Source: a bacterium
Lineage (GTDB): Bacteria > Patescibacteriota > Microgenomatia > UBA1406 > GWC2-37-13
Length of the DNA: 64,000 nucleotides
Assembly: GCA_021825445.1 (NCBI GenBank)
Contig: JAKAHA010000005.1
Span: 21,316-85,315 of the forward strand
Reading direction: 5' to 3'
The notes below the pieces were generated by a model that saw only the letters and a list, made by a program, of their open reading frames with translations, made no database searches and was not told where the DNA came from. A program made the position numbers and the translations under genes. Shown piece after piece: positions 54,526-63,095 of this stretch (its first letter is position 1; each line of letters begins with the position of its first letter).

Positions 54526-56271
54526 TTACAGACCAGATTGAATAACGGCAGTTCCTGCGTTTGTGTCTCCAGCACTTACAGTTCTAACTATTGGATCTCC
54601 ACCTGGATATATCCATTTAACTGGCAAGGCTGCTAATGAATATTCATCATCGATTTTACAAAAACCATTTGTAAGAAAATGTATCATACCATCATTGTTA
54701 TTATTATGTAAAAAATTAGAAAGTTGAATTATCTTATATATACCTTCAACCTTTAATGCATTTGTTAACGGTGTATTATCTGATGCATCAGGAGTGATCT
54801 TTCTATCCAATAGCCATTGTACTACTCGTAATTTTCCATATCCTAAAGCCAACACTTCTCTTTTCATTTTTTCCGTTGTGGCATTTTTTCGAATAGAAAT
54901 ATCGATATCTTGACCATGGATGTGCAGTCTTTCAACTTCCAAATATTTGGCTAGAGTAAAAGCATTTTCATAAAACGCAATTATTTTATCGTCGCTTTTA
55001 CTTAATTCTAAACCTAATTCTTCATGGAGATTTTTTGTAATTTTCCCAAATTCTTCATCGTTAATGCTAAAACTATCAATATTTCCTTTAAGTACATCTC
55101 TGAAAAATTTTAGATCTTCAAATTTCCCGGAAAATTCAAACAAAATTTTTAATTTACCTGAAGAGCGTAATATCTTAAATTGTTCAACCATTTTTTTTGA
55201 AATTTCAGAATATCTGTCTTGAGGTATTCTTTGAAGTTGGTTTGGATCAGTTGCAAAAAAATAATCATAATTTTGAGCAATCATTTTCAATTGATCATCA
55301 GTAAAATTTAATATTGGATCCGTATCCATGTTATTTCCATCCTTGTCATAATAGTGACTAACAACTGCTATTCGATCACTTTTTTTTACTTCATATGTTT
55401 TTTTTCCAATTATAATTTTTATATCTTTTTTAAATTCAATCGGATAATTAATTTTAGTCGGTGCCTCTGGAGTTGCAGATTCAACAATTGTTTTATTTTT
55501 TATTTTTCCATCCTCAATGGATAGAAATTTTAGTTTATCATTTTTGAATGTTGCTGCTAATTCTGAAGAATTGTGTTGTGTTGTGAGAGTTACGTCTTCA
55601 CCAATTGAATCAAGAAGTTTCGTCAAATGAGCTGCCGATCCACCCACTTTAAAAAAATCTGGATTAGGAGAAAATATCTCATTAATCCAGTCTCTTAGCT
55701 TAAGACCTGTTCCGACCTTACCATCAAGATCATTTATTTGCATTCTGCCGTTACCTTTACCTATAAATTGTCTAATAATGTGAGCAATAATCTCTTCGCG
55801 TGTTGTAACTATATATGGAATATTGCCATCAGTTTCCACTATTTTAATAATTTTTTCTATTACATTTTCATCGGTAAACTTTTGTGCACTGGTTATGGCT
55901 TTATCTATTATGTCGTTGGCATTATCAGGATTTAGATTTATTAACTTATCAACACAAACACTATTACCTAATAATATTTTTTTATTTGTAGGAGTCAACT
56001 TTTTACTTTCAGAAAATAATTTACTTAAACTGTAGACTCCACTATAAATAATTTTATGAGTGATACCTTTTAATTGTTTTTCTAATAATTTCATATCTTT
56101 AAATTGTTGAAGTGGGAGAGTAAAAAGTCGAGGTTTACCTGTATCAGCGTGATATGCTTGAGAATGTATTTCAACCATGACTAAAATAATATCATATTTA
56201 ATCAAAAATACATCAATTATTTTAAGTATCTCCCTATAAATATGGTCAGCCAGAGGAAAATCAGAAGGCAA
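54526..56271 (-). CDS. ADP-dependent (archaeal-type) sugar kinase family protein (ADP-PFK/GK-like, ribokinase superfamily)
   Basis: Colinear matches to recalled ADP-GK motifs: KVGGSAAHLTKLL (cf. RMGGQAGIMANLL), FEFSG...SFSINDEEFGKI (cf. LEFA...VGLNEVELASI, NxxE), ERLHIHGQ (cf. KRIHFHT), TVSAGDTNAG (cf. TVGIGDTISS). The start may be at 56178 (MVEIHS). Confidence 0.65.
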   Translation of the reverse strand: MPSDFPLADHIYREILKIIDVFLIKYDIILVMVEIHSQAYHADTGKPRLFTLPLQQFKDMKLLEKQLKGITHKIIYSGVYSLSKLFSESKKLTPTNKKILLGNSVCVDKLINLNPDNANDIIDKAITSAQKFTDENVIEKIIKIVETDGNIPYIVTTREEIIAHIIRQFIGKGNGRMQINDLDGKVGTGLKLRDWINEIFSPNPDFFKVGGSAAHLTKLLDSIGEDVTLTTQHNSSELAATFKNDKLKFLSIEDGKIKNKTIVESATPEAPTKINYPIEFKKDIKIIIGKKTYEVKKSDRIAVVSHYYDKDGNNMDTDPILNFTDDQLKMIAQNYDYFFATDPNQLQRIPQDRYSEISKKMVEQFKILRSSGKLKILFEFSGKFEDLKFFRDVLKGNIDSFSINDEEFGKITKNLHEELGLELSKSDDKIIAFYENAFTLAKYLEVERLHIHGQDIDISIRKNATTEKMKREVLALGYGKLRVVQWLLDRKITPDASDNTPLTNALKVEGIYKIIQLSNFLHNNNNDGMIHFLTNGFCKIDDEYSLAALPVKWIYPGGDPIVRTVSAGDTNAGTAVIQSGL

Positions 56272-56849
56272 TAAACAGTCTCTGATATGGCGTTAAAATA
56301 GTTAAAAAACAAAAAAATATTTCCTGCAATTGTTTCTACAAGAATTAATAATTTTGAAAAATGAACAAAGTTTTCGCTATTTGTTAATCTTGCCAAAGTA
56401 TATTGTGAAGATATCCAGGAAAAAAAAGTAATGATAAAAATTATTAAATGAATAAAAGGGAATTGGCTAACTGGGAAAAATCCAAGTAATCCAAAAGACA
56501 AAATTGCCACGAGTAAAACTGCAGCGGGCAATGTCTTTAATCTCAAATTATAAAACTTAAAAACGTAATAAGCAAAGCTTAGATCCAAAAAACTTTTTAT
56601 AAAAAATAAAGAATTGAAAATAGACAGATTTTTACTATCCAAAAAACGAGCTAAACCAGAAATTGTATAATCGGAAAAATTATAACGATTAGTTTTGACG
56701 CCCATATAGAAAGTTGAAGATAAGAAAAATAAGATTGAAAGAATCGCATTGTATTTAAAGATCGTAAGCCGATTGGTAGATTTGGATTCGTCCATAAGAC
56801 CATTATAATCCTTGGAGAATTTTTTCGAAAGCCTCTTTGTCAGAGTCAT
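56217..56849 (-). CDS. Polytopic membrane protein (DUF998-like by pattern)
   Basis: 210 aa, about 6 TM helices, DYTISGLARF motif. Confidence 0.45.
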   Translation of the reverse strand: MTLTKRLSKKFSKDYNGLMDESKSTNRLTIFKYNAILSILFFLSSTFYMGVKTNRYNFSDYTISGLARFLDSKNLSIFNSLFFIKSFLDLSFAYYVFKFYNLRLKTLPAAVLLVAILSFGLLGFFPVSQFPFIHLIIFIITFFSWISSQYTLARLTNSENFVHFSKLLILVETIAGNIFLFFNYFNAISETVYCLLIFLWLTIFIGRYLK

Positions 56850-57279
56850 AAGTCAGGGTTTTTTTTACTTCATCTTGACTCACAAATTTTGCATCACTCA
56901 TTTCGAAGTCGTGATTTTTTGGATCACCCGATACGTATTCCATGAGGAAATAATAAACGGTTTTTTTGTATAGTACTCCTCCAAATTGATATTCGTATTT
57001 ACTAATAATAGGTTCAGGGTTAATAATTTTTGCCTTTATCCCGCCCTCTTCCTCAACTTCGCGGATGGCAGCTGTTTCGTTTGTCTCATTTTTATCTTTG
57101 TCACCTACAAACCCCTTAGGGAAAACCCAGCCTTTATGTTGAGAATGCTGGCAGATGAGCCAAGTTAGATCATAGATATTAGATCCTAGATGATAGATTT
57201 TTTTGAATACAATTCCTCCGGCGGAAACTTGATTAATTATTTTCATAACCAATTGCGTCTTTAATATTTTTAAATCCAT
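56803..57279 (-). CDS. NUDIX hydrolase
   Basis: Nudix box GWVFPKGFVGDKDKNETNETAAIREVEEEGGI. The start is possibly at 57246. Confidence 0.85.
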   Translation of the reverse strand: MDLKILKTQLVMKIINQVSAGGIVFKKIYHLGSNIYDLTWLICQHSQHKGWVFPKGFVGDKDKNETNETAAIREVEEEGGIKAKIINPEPIISKYEYQFGGVLYKKTVYYFLMEYVSGDPKNHDFEMSDAKFVSQDEVKKTLTYDSDKEAFEKILQGL

Positions 57280-58801
57280 CTTTTTCCAATAACTCCTCCA
57301 ACTCTAGGTTAATTTGCGATATTATTTGTGGTCCTTGATATATCATTCCTGTGATCATTTGAATAAGCGATGCCCCAAGCTTTATTTTTTCATAGGCATC
57401 CTGACCATTAAAAACTCCACCACAACCGATGATCAATAATTTTTTACCAAACTTTTTGTATGTCAATTTAATCAGTTCATTTGATCTTTTCTCACAAGGT
57501 TTACCGCTAAAACTCCCAACAGAAAATTTTTTTACCTCTTGTTTGTCTAGCAACTTACTTTTTCTGTCCTTCCAAAGATTTCCAATGATCACTCCTTTAA
57601 CAAATTTATATTTGATAACGACATTAAGCAAAGAAACAAATTCTCGGTCGGGGATAGATATGGGCATCTTGACGAAGATTGGCTTTTTTAACTTCAATCG
57701 TTTAATCGATTGAAGTAATTGATTAAAGTTTTCTGGTTTATAAAAGTCAACATCGGTATTGAGCAAATTTGGGCAGCTGATGTTAATCTCATAATAGCTA
57801 TTTTTTATTTTTAACTTTTCAAATATTTTAAATGAATTGACAATATCTCCAATCGCTTTTTTTGTTGAATCTATAGATTGATTGTTGGACATTCCGATAC
57901 TGATCCCCATCGGGATCATAAATCCTTCGACTCCGCTCAGGACAAGTTTTTTAGAAGTTTTTTCGGCTCCTAAGTTTCTAAAACCTTTATTAACCATTAA
58001 AGATCGTGATCTTGGTAATCGTCCTAAGCGAGGAGGAGGATTACCTTGATAGGATAAATTAGTTATTGTCCCCACACTTTGAAATCCAAAACCGATGGAA
58101 TAAAGAATCTGAGTTAATCTTGACTCATAATCAAATCCGGCAGCTAGTCCAATAGGTCCTTCAAAATTGATTCCGACCAATTTTTGTTTTAATTTTGTTG
58201 ATGAATAATTAAATTTCCAATTAATATATTTTTTAAAATAGCTATTTCCTAATAGCTCACCTAAAAAAATATGTGAATTGTGAATAAATTCGGCGTCAAA
58301 CAAAAAAAAGATTGGCTTAATAAATTTCTGGTATATAAAAGCAATGATAGACAATCTGAGAATAAATCTCTCTTTTTTGAATATTTTATTAACAAGAAAA
58401 AAAATTGTAAAACTCAATAATGCAGACAACATGCAATAAGTACAAATACTATTTAAGATAACAAGTTGGATATAGATAAAATATAAAGAAAAGATTGCAC
58501 CGATTGCAGATTGAAGAATAAGCCAATATATAAATATTTTTTTTCTGTAAATTGCAAACAATATTATTGCGATCAAAAGAAAAGAATATTGAATAACTCC
58601 AAAAACAGCCAGTGGAACTCCAAACATTATGGAATAGGAACTTCTCAAAACTTTGCCACAGTCTGATGCAATCGGTAAGAATCTGTTGACCTTACATGGG
58701 GGAATGACCTGGCTATAATGTTCATAAGTTAAATATCCTGCGTCTGTGATACCTAAAATGATAAAGAGAGTAAGTAAAAATGTTTTTAATTTCATAGACA
58801 C
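57233..58801 (-). CDS. pyrD: Fusion protein: N-terminal VKOR-family thiol oxidoreductase domain + C-terminal class-2-like dihydroorotate dehydrogenase
   Basis: VKOR part: loop cysteines C..(11)..C (PPCKVNRFLPIASDCGKVLRSSYS..FGVPLAVFG) and CTYC in a TM helix. DHODH part: GLAAGFD, GTITNLSYQGNPPPRLGRLP..MVNKGFRNLG, EINISCPN, IIGCGGV. Single uninterrupted 522-codon frame. Confidence 0.85.
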   Translation of the reverse strand: MSMKLKTFLLTLFIILGITDAGYLTYEHYSQVIPPCKVNRFLPIASDCGKVLRSSYSIMFGVPLAVFGVIQYSFLLIAIILFAIYRKKIFIYWLILQSAIGAIFSLYFIYIQLVILNSICTYCMLSALLSFTIFFLVNKIFKKERFILRLSIIAFIYQKFIKPIFFLFDAEFIHNSHIFLGELLGNSYFKKYINWKFNYSSTKLKQKLVGINFEGPIGLAAGFDYESRLTQILYSIGFGFQSVGTITNLSYQGNPPPRLGRLPRSRSLMVNKGFRNLGAEKTSKKLVLSGVEGFMIPMGISIGMSNNQSIDSTKKAIGDIVNSFKIFEKLKIKNSYYEINISCPNLLNTDVDFYKPENFNQLLQSIKRLKLKKPIFVKMPISIPDREFVSLLNVVIKYKFVKGVIIGNLWKDRKSKLLDKQEVKKFSVGSFSGKPCEKRSNELIKLTYKKFGKKLLIIGCGGVFNGQDAYEKIKLGASLIQMITGMIYQGPQIISQINLELEELLEKDGFKNIKDAIGYENN

Positions 58802-58817
58802 ATTATACTTCTATTCG

Positions 58818-59744
58818 TCATTTATTTTTATAGTTTTCGAAAAATTTAATTATATTATCATAAGAAAAACTCCCGGCACGAAAGCGAGATAGATAAAATA
58901 AATTATTACCAGATTGCCAAATCCCAGGAATCACAGACACGGCTGCAGTATAACCTGCAGATCTTACAGTATCGAGACTGTATTGATCAAAGGCACCAAA
59001 AGGATATGCAAATGTTTCTATTTTTATATTAAATTTATTTTCTAGTATTTTTTTACTATCAATTATTTGTTTTGTTGCAATTGATTTTGGCGATTTTTTT
59101 AAATAAAAATGATCAAGAGTATGAGAGCCAATTTCAACCAAATTGCTATCTATAATTTCCTTAATTTCTTTTTCATTCAAAAATCCTTTACGACCAATAA
59201 AATCATCAACTATATAAACCGTTGCCTTAACTTTATACTTTTTAAGTAGAGGAAAAACATCGGTATAAAAATCTTCATAACCATCATCAAAAGTCAAAAC
59301 AGCACTTCTTGAAGAATACGGAGTGTCGCCGGAAAGAATTTTAGGGACTTCCTTAACAAAGATAGTTTTATACTGGTTATCATTTAACATTTTTAATTCT
59401 TTTTCAAAAACAGATGGAATAATATCTAAGCTTTTTCTGATCGTGTCTCCTTGATCTTTTACATACTCAACGTAGTGGTACATGACAATCGGAATACGAT
59501 AGCTTTTTTTTTCTACTGTTGAATACATTCTATTTAATGTTTGTAGATTTTTGGGTTTTTCAAATACAGCCTTTTCATAATATTGTGAAATCAGTTCTTT
59601 TTCGGAAACGATTTTTTTAGTGTTTTTGTGAAATGATGGTTTTGAAGTAAAGACGGTAAATATTATTGCGAAAACAAATCCAAAAAATATTCCTAAAAAA
59701 ATTTTCTCCAAATATTTTTTGTTTTTTAAACCTAAACTAACCAT
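58818..59744 (-). CDS. Polysaccharide deacetylase (CE4, NodB homology domain), membrane-anchored
   Basis: VLTFDDGYEDFY, KATVYIV, GSHTLDH motifs. 13-nt overlap with the upstream gene. Confidence 0.85.
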   Translation of the reverse strand: MVSLGLKNKKYLEKIFLGIFFGFVFAIIFTVFTSKPSFHKNTKKIVSEKELISQYYEKAVFEKPKNLQTLNRMYSTVEKKSYRIPIVMYHYVEYVKDQGDTIRKSLDIIPSVFEKELKMLNDNQYKTIFVKEVPKILSGDTPYSSRSAVLTFDDGYEDFYTDVFPLLKKYKVKATVYIVDDFIGRKGFLNEKEIKEIIDSNLVEIGSHTLDHFYLKKSPKSIATKQIIDSKKILENKFNIKIETFAYPFGAFDQYSLDTVRSAGYTAAVSVIPGIWQSGNNLFYLSRFRAGSFSYDNIIKFFENYKNK

Positions 59745-61024
59745 TCTTTGATTGTATCAAATATGAGACACAACATACCCAACCCGAAAAGAGTAATTGT
59801 TTGAAGGGAAATATTTTTATTTGTTTCGGTTGTTTCAACACCGAGTATTTGTTCGGATATTGATGTGGGTGTTGGTATTTTTGTAGGGGTCGGGTTTTCC
59901 GATCCTCTTGTAAAGATAATTGTTGGTGTTGGTGATGGTGTCAATGTGGGAATTGATGTTGGTTGTGGTGTTGCGGTTGGTATCGGGGTGCTAGTCGGTG
60001 TTGCCGTCGGTGTGTTTGTAGGGGTCGGGTTTCCCGACCCTGTTGTTGGCGTTGGCGTAATGATGGTTGGATCAAATATTTTTAAAATCCATGATTTTCC
60101 GGAGAGAGCAATTATAGCCTGAGCAGTTGTTGTTGAATTTGAAACAAATTTGTTTGAACCATAATCAAAAGCCAAAAATCCGCCGTCATCTTTTGATTGT
60201 TGGGAAATAAGCCAATTTTTAGTATTTGCAGATGCAGTAGAATCTTTCATATCAAGAACGTTAAAAGCCATGAGGACCCAACCTGTCGAATCAGAGTCAC
60301 TTGAACCATAATATCCGAATCCTCCATCGCCATTTTGATTAGCAAGCAAATAGTTTTTTGCACGATTAATTGCATTATCTAGTCCCGAATCAGTTAAGTC
60401 ATTATTTTTTGCCGAAACCAACGCTTGAATAGCAGCTCCAGTCATATCGGCGGAAGTTGAATACCAAGCACAACCCGGGGCAGAATATCCAAAACCCCCA
60501 TCAATAGAATCCTGTTTTGAAATAAGATAACTCAAGATACTTTGTTTTATTTGAGAATTTGAAGTAGATCCTGCGGAAATTTCGGCAAGTAATCCAAAGA
60601 TATCATCATTTAAGGAACACTCATCTCCAATTTGATTATTTTTATATAAATTTTCAAGATTGGTGACATAATTTGTTCCTTTGTAATTGGTTGGATCGCC
60701 GTTTGTTGCAACAATTGCTAAAATTCTTGTTTCCCAATCGGTTGCTGCAGACGACGAACTTGGGACATTGTCAGTTAAAAAATCCTGGAGTGAAATCAAT
60801 GGATTTTTAATTGTAGAAATATCAATTCCATTTGCAGCAAAAGCGATTGATGACCATTGAGATGGAGCAGAAAAACCATTTGTGATTCTACCTGTTGAGT
60901 CTTGTTTGGATTTTAAATAATTTAGTCCGTTATCTATGATAGAATCAGCGGAAATAGTTTTGGAAACAAAAAAACATAAAAATAAGACTAAAAATATTTG
61001 AAAAATAATTTTTTTGCTCTTCAT
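59732..61024 (-). CDS. Surface-anchored alpha/alpha-toroid protein with prenyltransferase/terpene-cyclase-like repeats, Thr/Pro-rich stalk and C-terminal TM anchor
   Basis: Signal peptide. Repeats YLKSKQDSTGRI, YLISKQDSIDGGFGY, YLLANQNGDGGFGYY, WLISQQSKDDGGFLAF. Long TPTPT... linker and terminal hydrophobic helix. Confidence 0.7.
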   Translation of the reverse strand: MKSKKIIFQIFLVLFLCFFVSKTISADSIIDNGLNYLKSKQDSTGRITNGFSAPSQWSSIAFAANGIDISTIKNPLISLQDFLTDNVPSSSSAATDWETRILAIVATNGDPTNYKGTNYVTNLENLYKNNQIGDECSLNDDIFGLLAEISAGSTSNSQIKQSILSYLISKQDSIDGGFGYSAPGCAWYSTSADMTGAAIQALVSAKNNDLTDSGLDNAINRAKNYLLANQNGDGGFGYYGSSDSDSTGWVLMAFNVLDMKDSTASANTKNWLISQQSKDDGGFLAFDYGSNKFVSNSTTTAQAIIALSGKSWILKIFDPTIITPTPTTGSGNPTPTNTPTATPTSTPIPTATPQPTSIPTLTPSPTPTIIFTRGSENPTPTKIPTPTSISEQILGVETTETNKNISLQTITLFGLGMLCLIFDTIKEWLV

Positions 61025-61049
61025 AATAATTTATTTAATTTTTTGATTG

Positions 61050-61637
61050 TCAATTTCCTATATATTCCCAAACAATATTGTCTCCATTATTTGCCTTTAT
61101 ATAGCTACAACCTTGGCTGGGGGATTGACCGTTGACTTTGAAAGTCCACCAGACAGTGTTTTCTTTTCCGATTCCGTTTATTTGGTAAACAGCGTTAGTT
61201 CCCAAATCGTTATTAAATCTCATGTTTAAACTTTGTATCTTTCCTTGCGAGAGGGCATGAGTCAAAACATCACACTGATTTGAATCTTGGGGAATTCCAA
61301 AAGAACCAACTAAAGAGCCGTTGATATTTAATGAAACAGCAAGTCCTTGTTCCTCCTTGGTTGAAGTTTCGGCAGGCGGTGGGGTGTTGGTTGGTTGTGG
61401 AGCTGGTGTGTTTGTAGGTTCTATAGAATAATTTGTGATTGTGGGAGATAAATAGGGTGTAGTGCGTAGTACGTAATGCGTAGGAGATACGCTAACTTTT
61501 GATGAAATATGTTTTTTTGCAACAGATTTATTTTTAACAAGCCTTTTTGATGTTATTTTATTTGAATTATAAAAAGAAGCTCCCGCAAGAAGAAAAAAAA
61601 CTATTGCCAGAATTTTAAAAATATTTCTTTTAAACAT
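61050..61637 (-). CDS. Membrane-anchored DUF4430 (transcobalamin beta-domain-like) protein
   Basis: N-terminal TM, TNTPAPQPTNTPPP linker. The C-terminal VSLNINGSLVG...VWWTFKVNGQSPSQGCSYIKANNGDNIVWEY fits the DUF4430 pattern. Confidence 0.75.
   Translation of the reverse strand: MFKRNIFKILAIVFFLLAGASFYNSNKITSKRLVKNKSVAKKHISSKVSVSPTHYVLRTTPYLSPTITNYSIEPTNTPAPQPTNTPPPAETSTKEEQGLAVSLNINGSLVGSFGIPQDSNQCDVLTHALSQGKIQSLNMRFNNDLGTNAVYQINGIGKENTVWWTFKVNGQSPSQGCSYIKANNGDNIVWEYIGN
61460..61483. repeat. Heptanucleotide-periodic 24-mer shared with 38902-38925
   Basis: tagtgcg tagtacg taatgcg tag. It encodes HYVLRTTPY here and NYVLRTTNY in the unrelated GT-C protein. Confidence 0.5.
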
Positions 61638-61639
61638 AA

Positions 61640-61770
61640 CCTTAGACTTTTCGCTCGAAAGTCAAAACTCGGTAAAAACAAAGGTAAGTTTTCTGGCTGT
61701 AACAGTTACGGCATAGCCACGGACTTGTCACCGTGATTTCCTTTTAAGACTTGCGTCCCCTTTGTCAAAC
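61640..61770 (-). promoter_or_regulatory. Cobalamin riboswitch-like leader (compact, Cbl-II/AdoCbl-variant-like) with expression-platform hairpin next to the RBS
   Basis: Minus strand: P1 ACAAAGG(61765-61759)/CCTTTGT(61684-61678). GGAC-GCAA-GTCT hairpin. AAAAGGAAA junction. CACGG-TGACAAGT-CCGTG (core GGTGA.AA.TCC). GCCGTAACTGT. B12-box-like AGCCAGAAAACTTACC. Then GACTTT-CGAGCGA-AAAGTC and TAAGG before the ATG. Confidence 0.72.
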
Positions 61771-61839
61771 AATACGTTTCCAACTATACACCTATCAATA
61801 ATATTTTGTCAATGAGAAAAAAATTGATAAAATATAACC

Positions 61840-63081
61840 ATGATTAAAAACAATATTATCTATAACAGCTTTTCGGATTATCAATTTGAAATTTCCAAAG
61901 CACAGGATAGTTATATTTGGGACGAAAAAGGGAATAAATTAATTGATTTTACTTCCGGATGGAACGTTGTTAATTTAGGCTGGAATAATAAAGAGGTAAA
62001 TGAGGCAATTGTTAGGCAAGCTAAAAAAAATGTTTACACATCAATGTGGCTTGCCGATCCGATTCAAGAAGAATATGCCAAGAAACTTACAGCGTCTCTA
62101 CCAAAATCATTAAATACTGTAACGAGAGAAGTTAGTGGAGTTACGGCAAATATAATGGCGATAAAAACCGCAAGAGCCTTTACGGGTAAAAGAAAAATTT
62201 TATCCTTTCGAGATACTTTTCACGGGTCACTTTATCAGACTCTTCAGCTTGGCTATTCTCCAGAATATCCAATATCAAAAGCAATATTTTTAGACTTTAA
62301 AGATAATATTCAATTAAAATATCCGCGAGTCAATTTTGAAGATAAAAATGAAAAGGAAATATTGTCTAATTTTTTGCGTGAATTTGAAAAAATATTAAAG
62401 ACTGAAAAAGAAATAGGTGCGTTTATAACAGAGTCAGGAATAATTACCGGTTGGGGTTCAACATTTATTGCACCACGTAGTTATTTAACTAAGGTTAGAG
62501 AATTGACAAATAAATACGGAGTTTTACTAATCCTTGACGAAGTTGGCACAGGATTTTCTCGAACAGGAAAACTTTACGGTATGAATCATGAAAATGTAGT
62601 TCCTGATATTGTGACTTTTGCCAAGGGCATTGGAAACGGAGCAACGATCGCCGCAACTGTGACTACTCAAGAAATTGCAGAAAAAACATTTTCGAAATCA
62701 AATCCTCAGTCCACTTTTGGCTGGAGTCCTTTAAATGTTGCCGGAGCACTTAAAACTCTCGAAATTCACTTGCGAGATAATGTTTGGGAAAAAGCCGAAA
62801 AGGACGGAAATTATATTATGAAAACTTTAAGAGAAGAATTGAAGGACGTTTCTTATGTAGAAGATATTAATGGCTTAGGAATGGAAATCGGAGTAAGACT
62901 TGCCAATGGTTTGAAAAACTTTAATATGGTTCGTTTTATTGAAAAAGCCAGAAGTAATGGATTACATTTAGCTAATGCCGATAGCTATAGTTTCCAACTC
63001 ATGCCACCCCTAACAATTGAAAGAAAAGTTTTGGACAATGGTCTTGAAATATTTATTAAAGAAATAAAATCATTTTTTTAA
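61840..63081 (+). CDS. Class-III PLP-dependent aminotransferase (ArgD/GabT-like)
   Basis: LILDEVGTGFSRTGKLYGMNHENVVPDIVTFAKGIGNG (PLP-lysine motif), 413 aa. Confidence 0.88.
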   Translation: MIKNNIIYNSFSDYQFEISKAQDSYIWDEKGNKLIDFTSGWNVVNLGWNNKEVNEAIVRQAKKNVYTSMWLADPIQEEYAKKLTASLPKSLNTVTREVSGVTANIMAIKTARAFTGKRKILSFRDTFHGSLYQTLQLGYSPEYPISKAIFLDFKDNIQLKYPRVNFEDKNEKEILSNFLREFEKILKTEKEIGAFITESGIITGWGSTFIAPRSYLTKVRELTNKYGVLLILDEVGTGFSRTGKLYGMNHENVVPDIVTFAKGIGNGATIAATVTTQEIAEKTFSKSNPQSTFGWSPLNVAGALKTLEIHLRDNVWEKAEKDGNYIMKTLREELKDVSYVEDINGLGMEIGVRLANGLKNFNMVRFIEKARSNGLHLANADSYSFQLMPPLTIERKVLDNGLEIFIKEIKSFF

Positions 63082-63095
63082 CCGTGACTTCTGTT

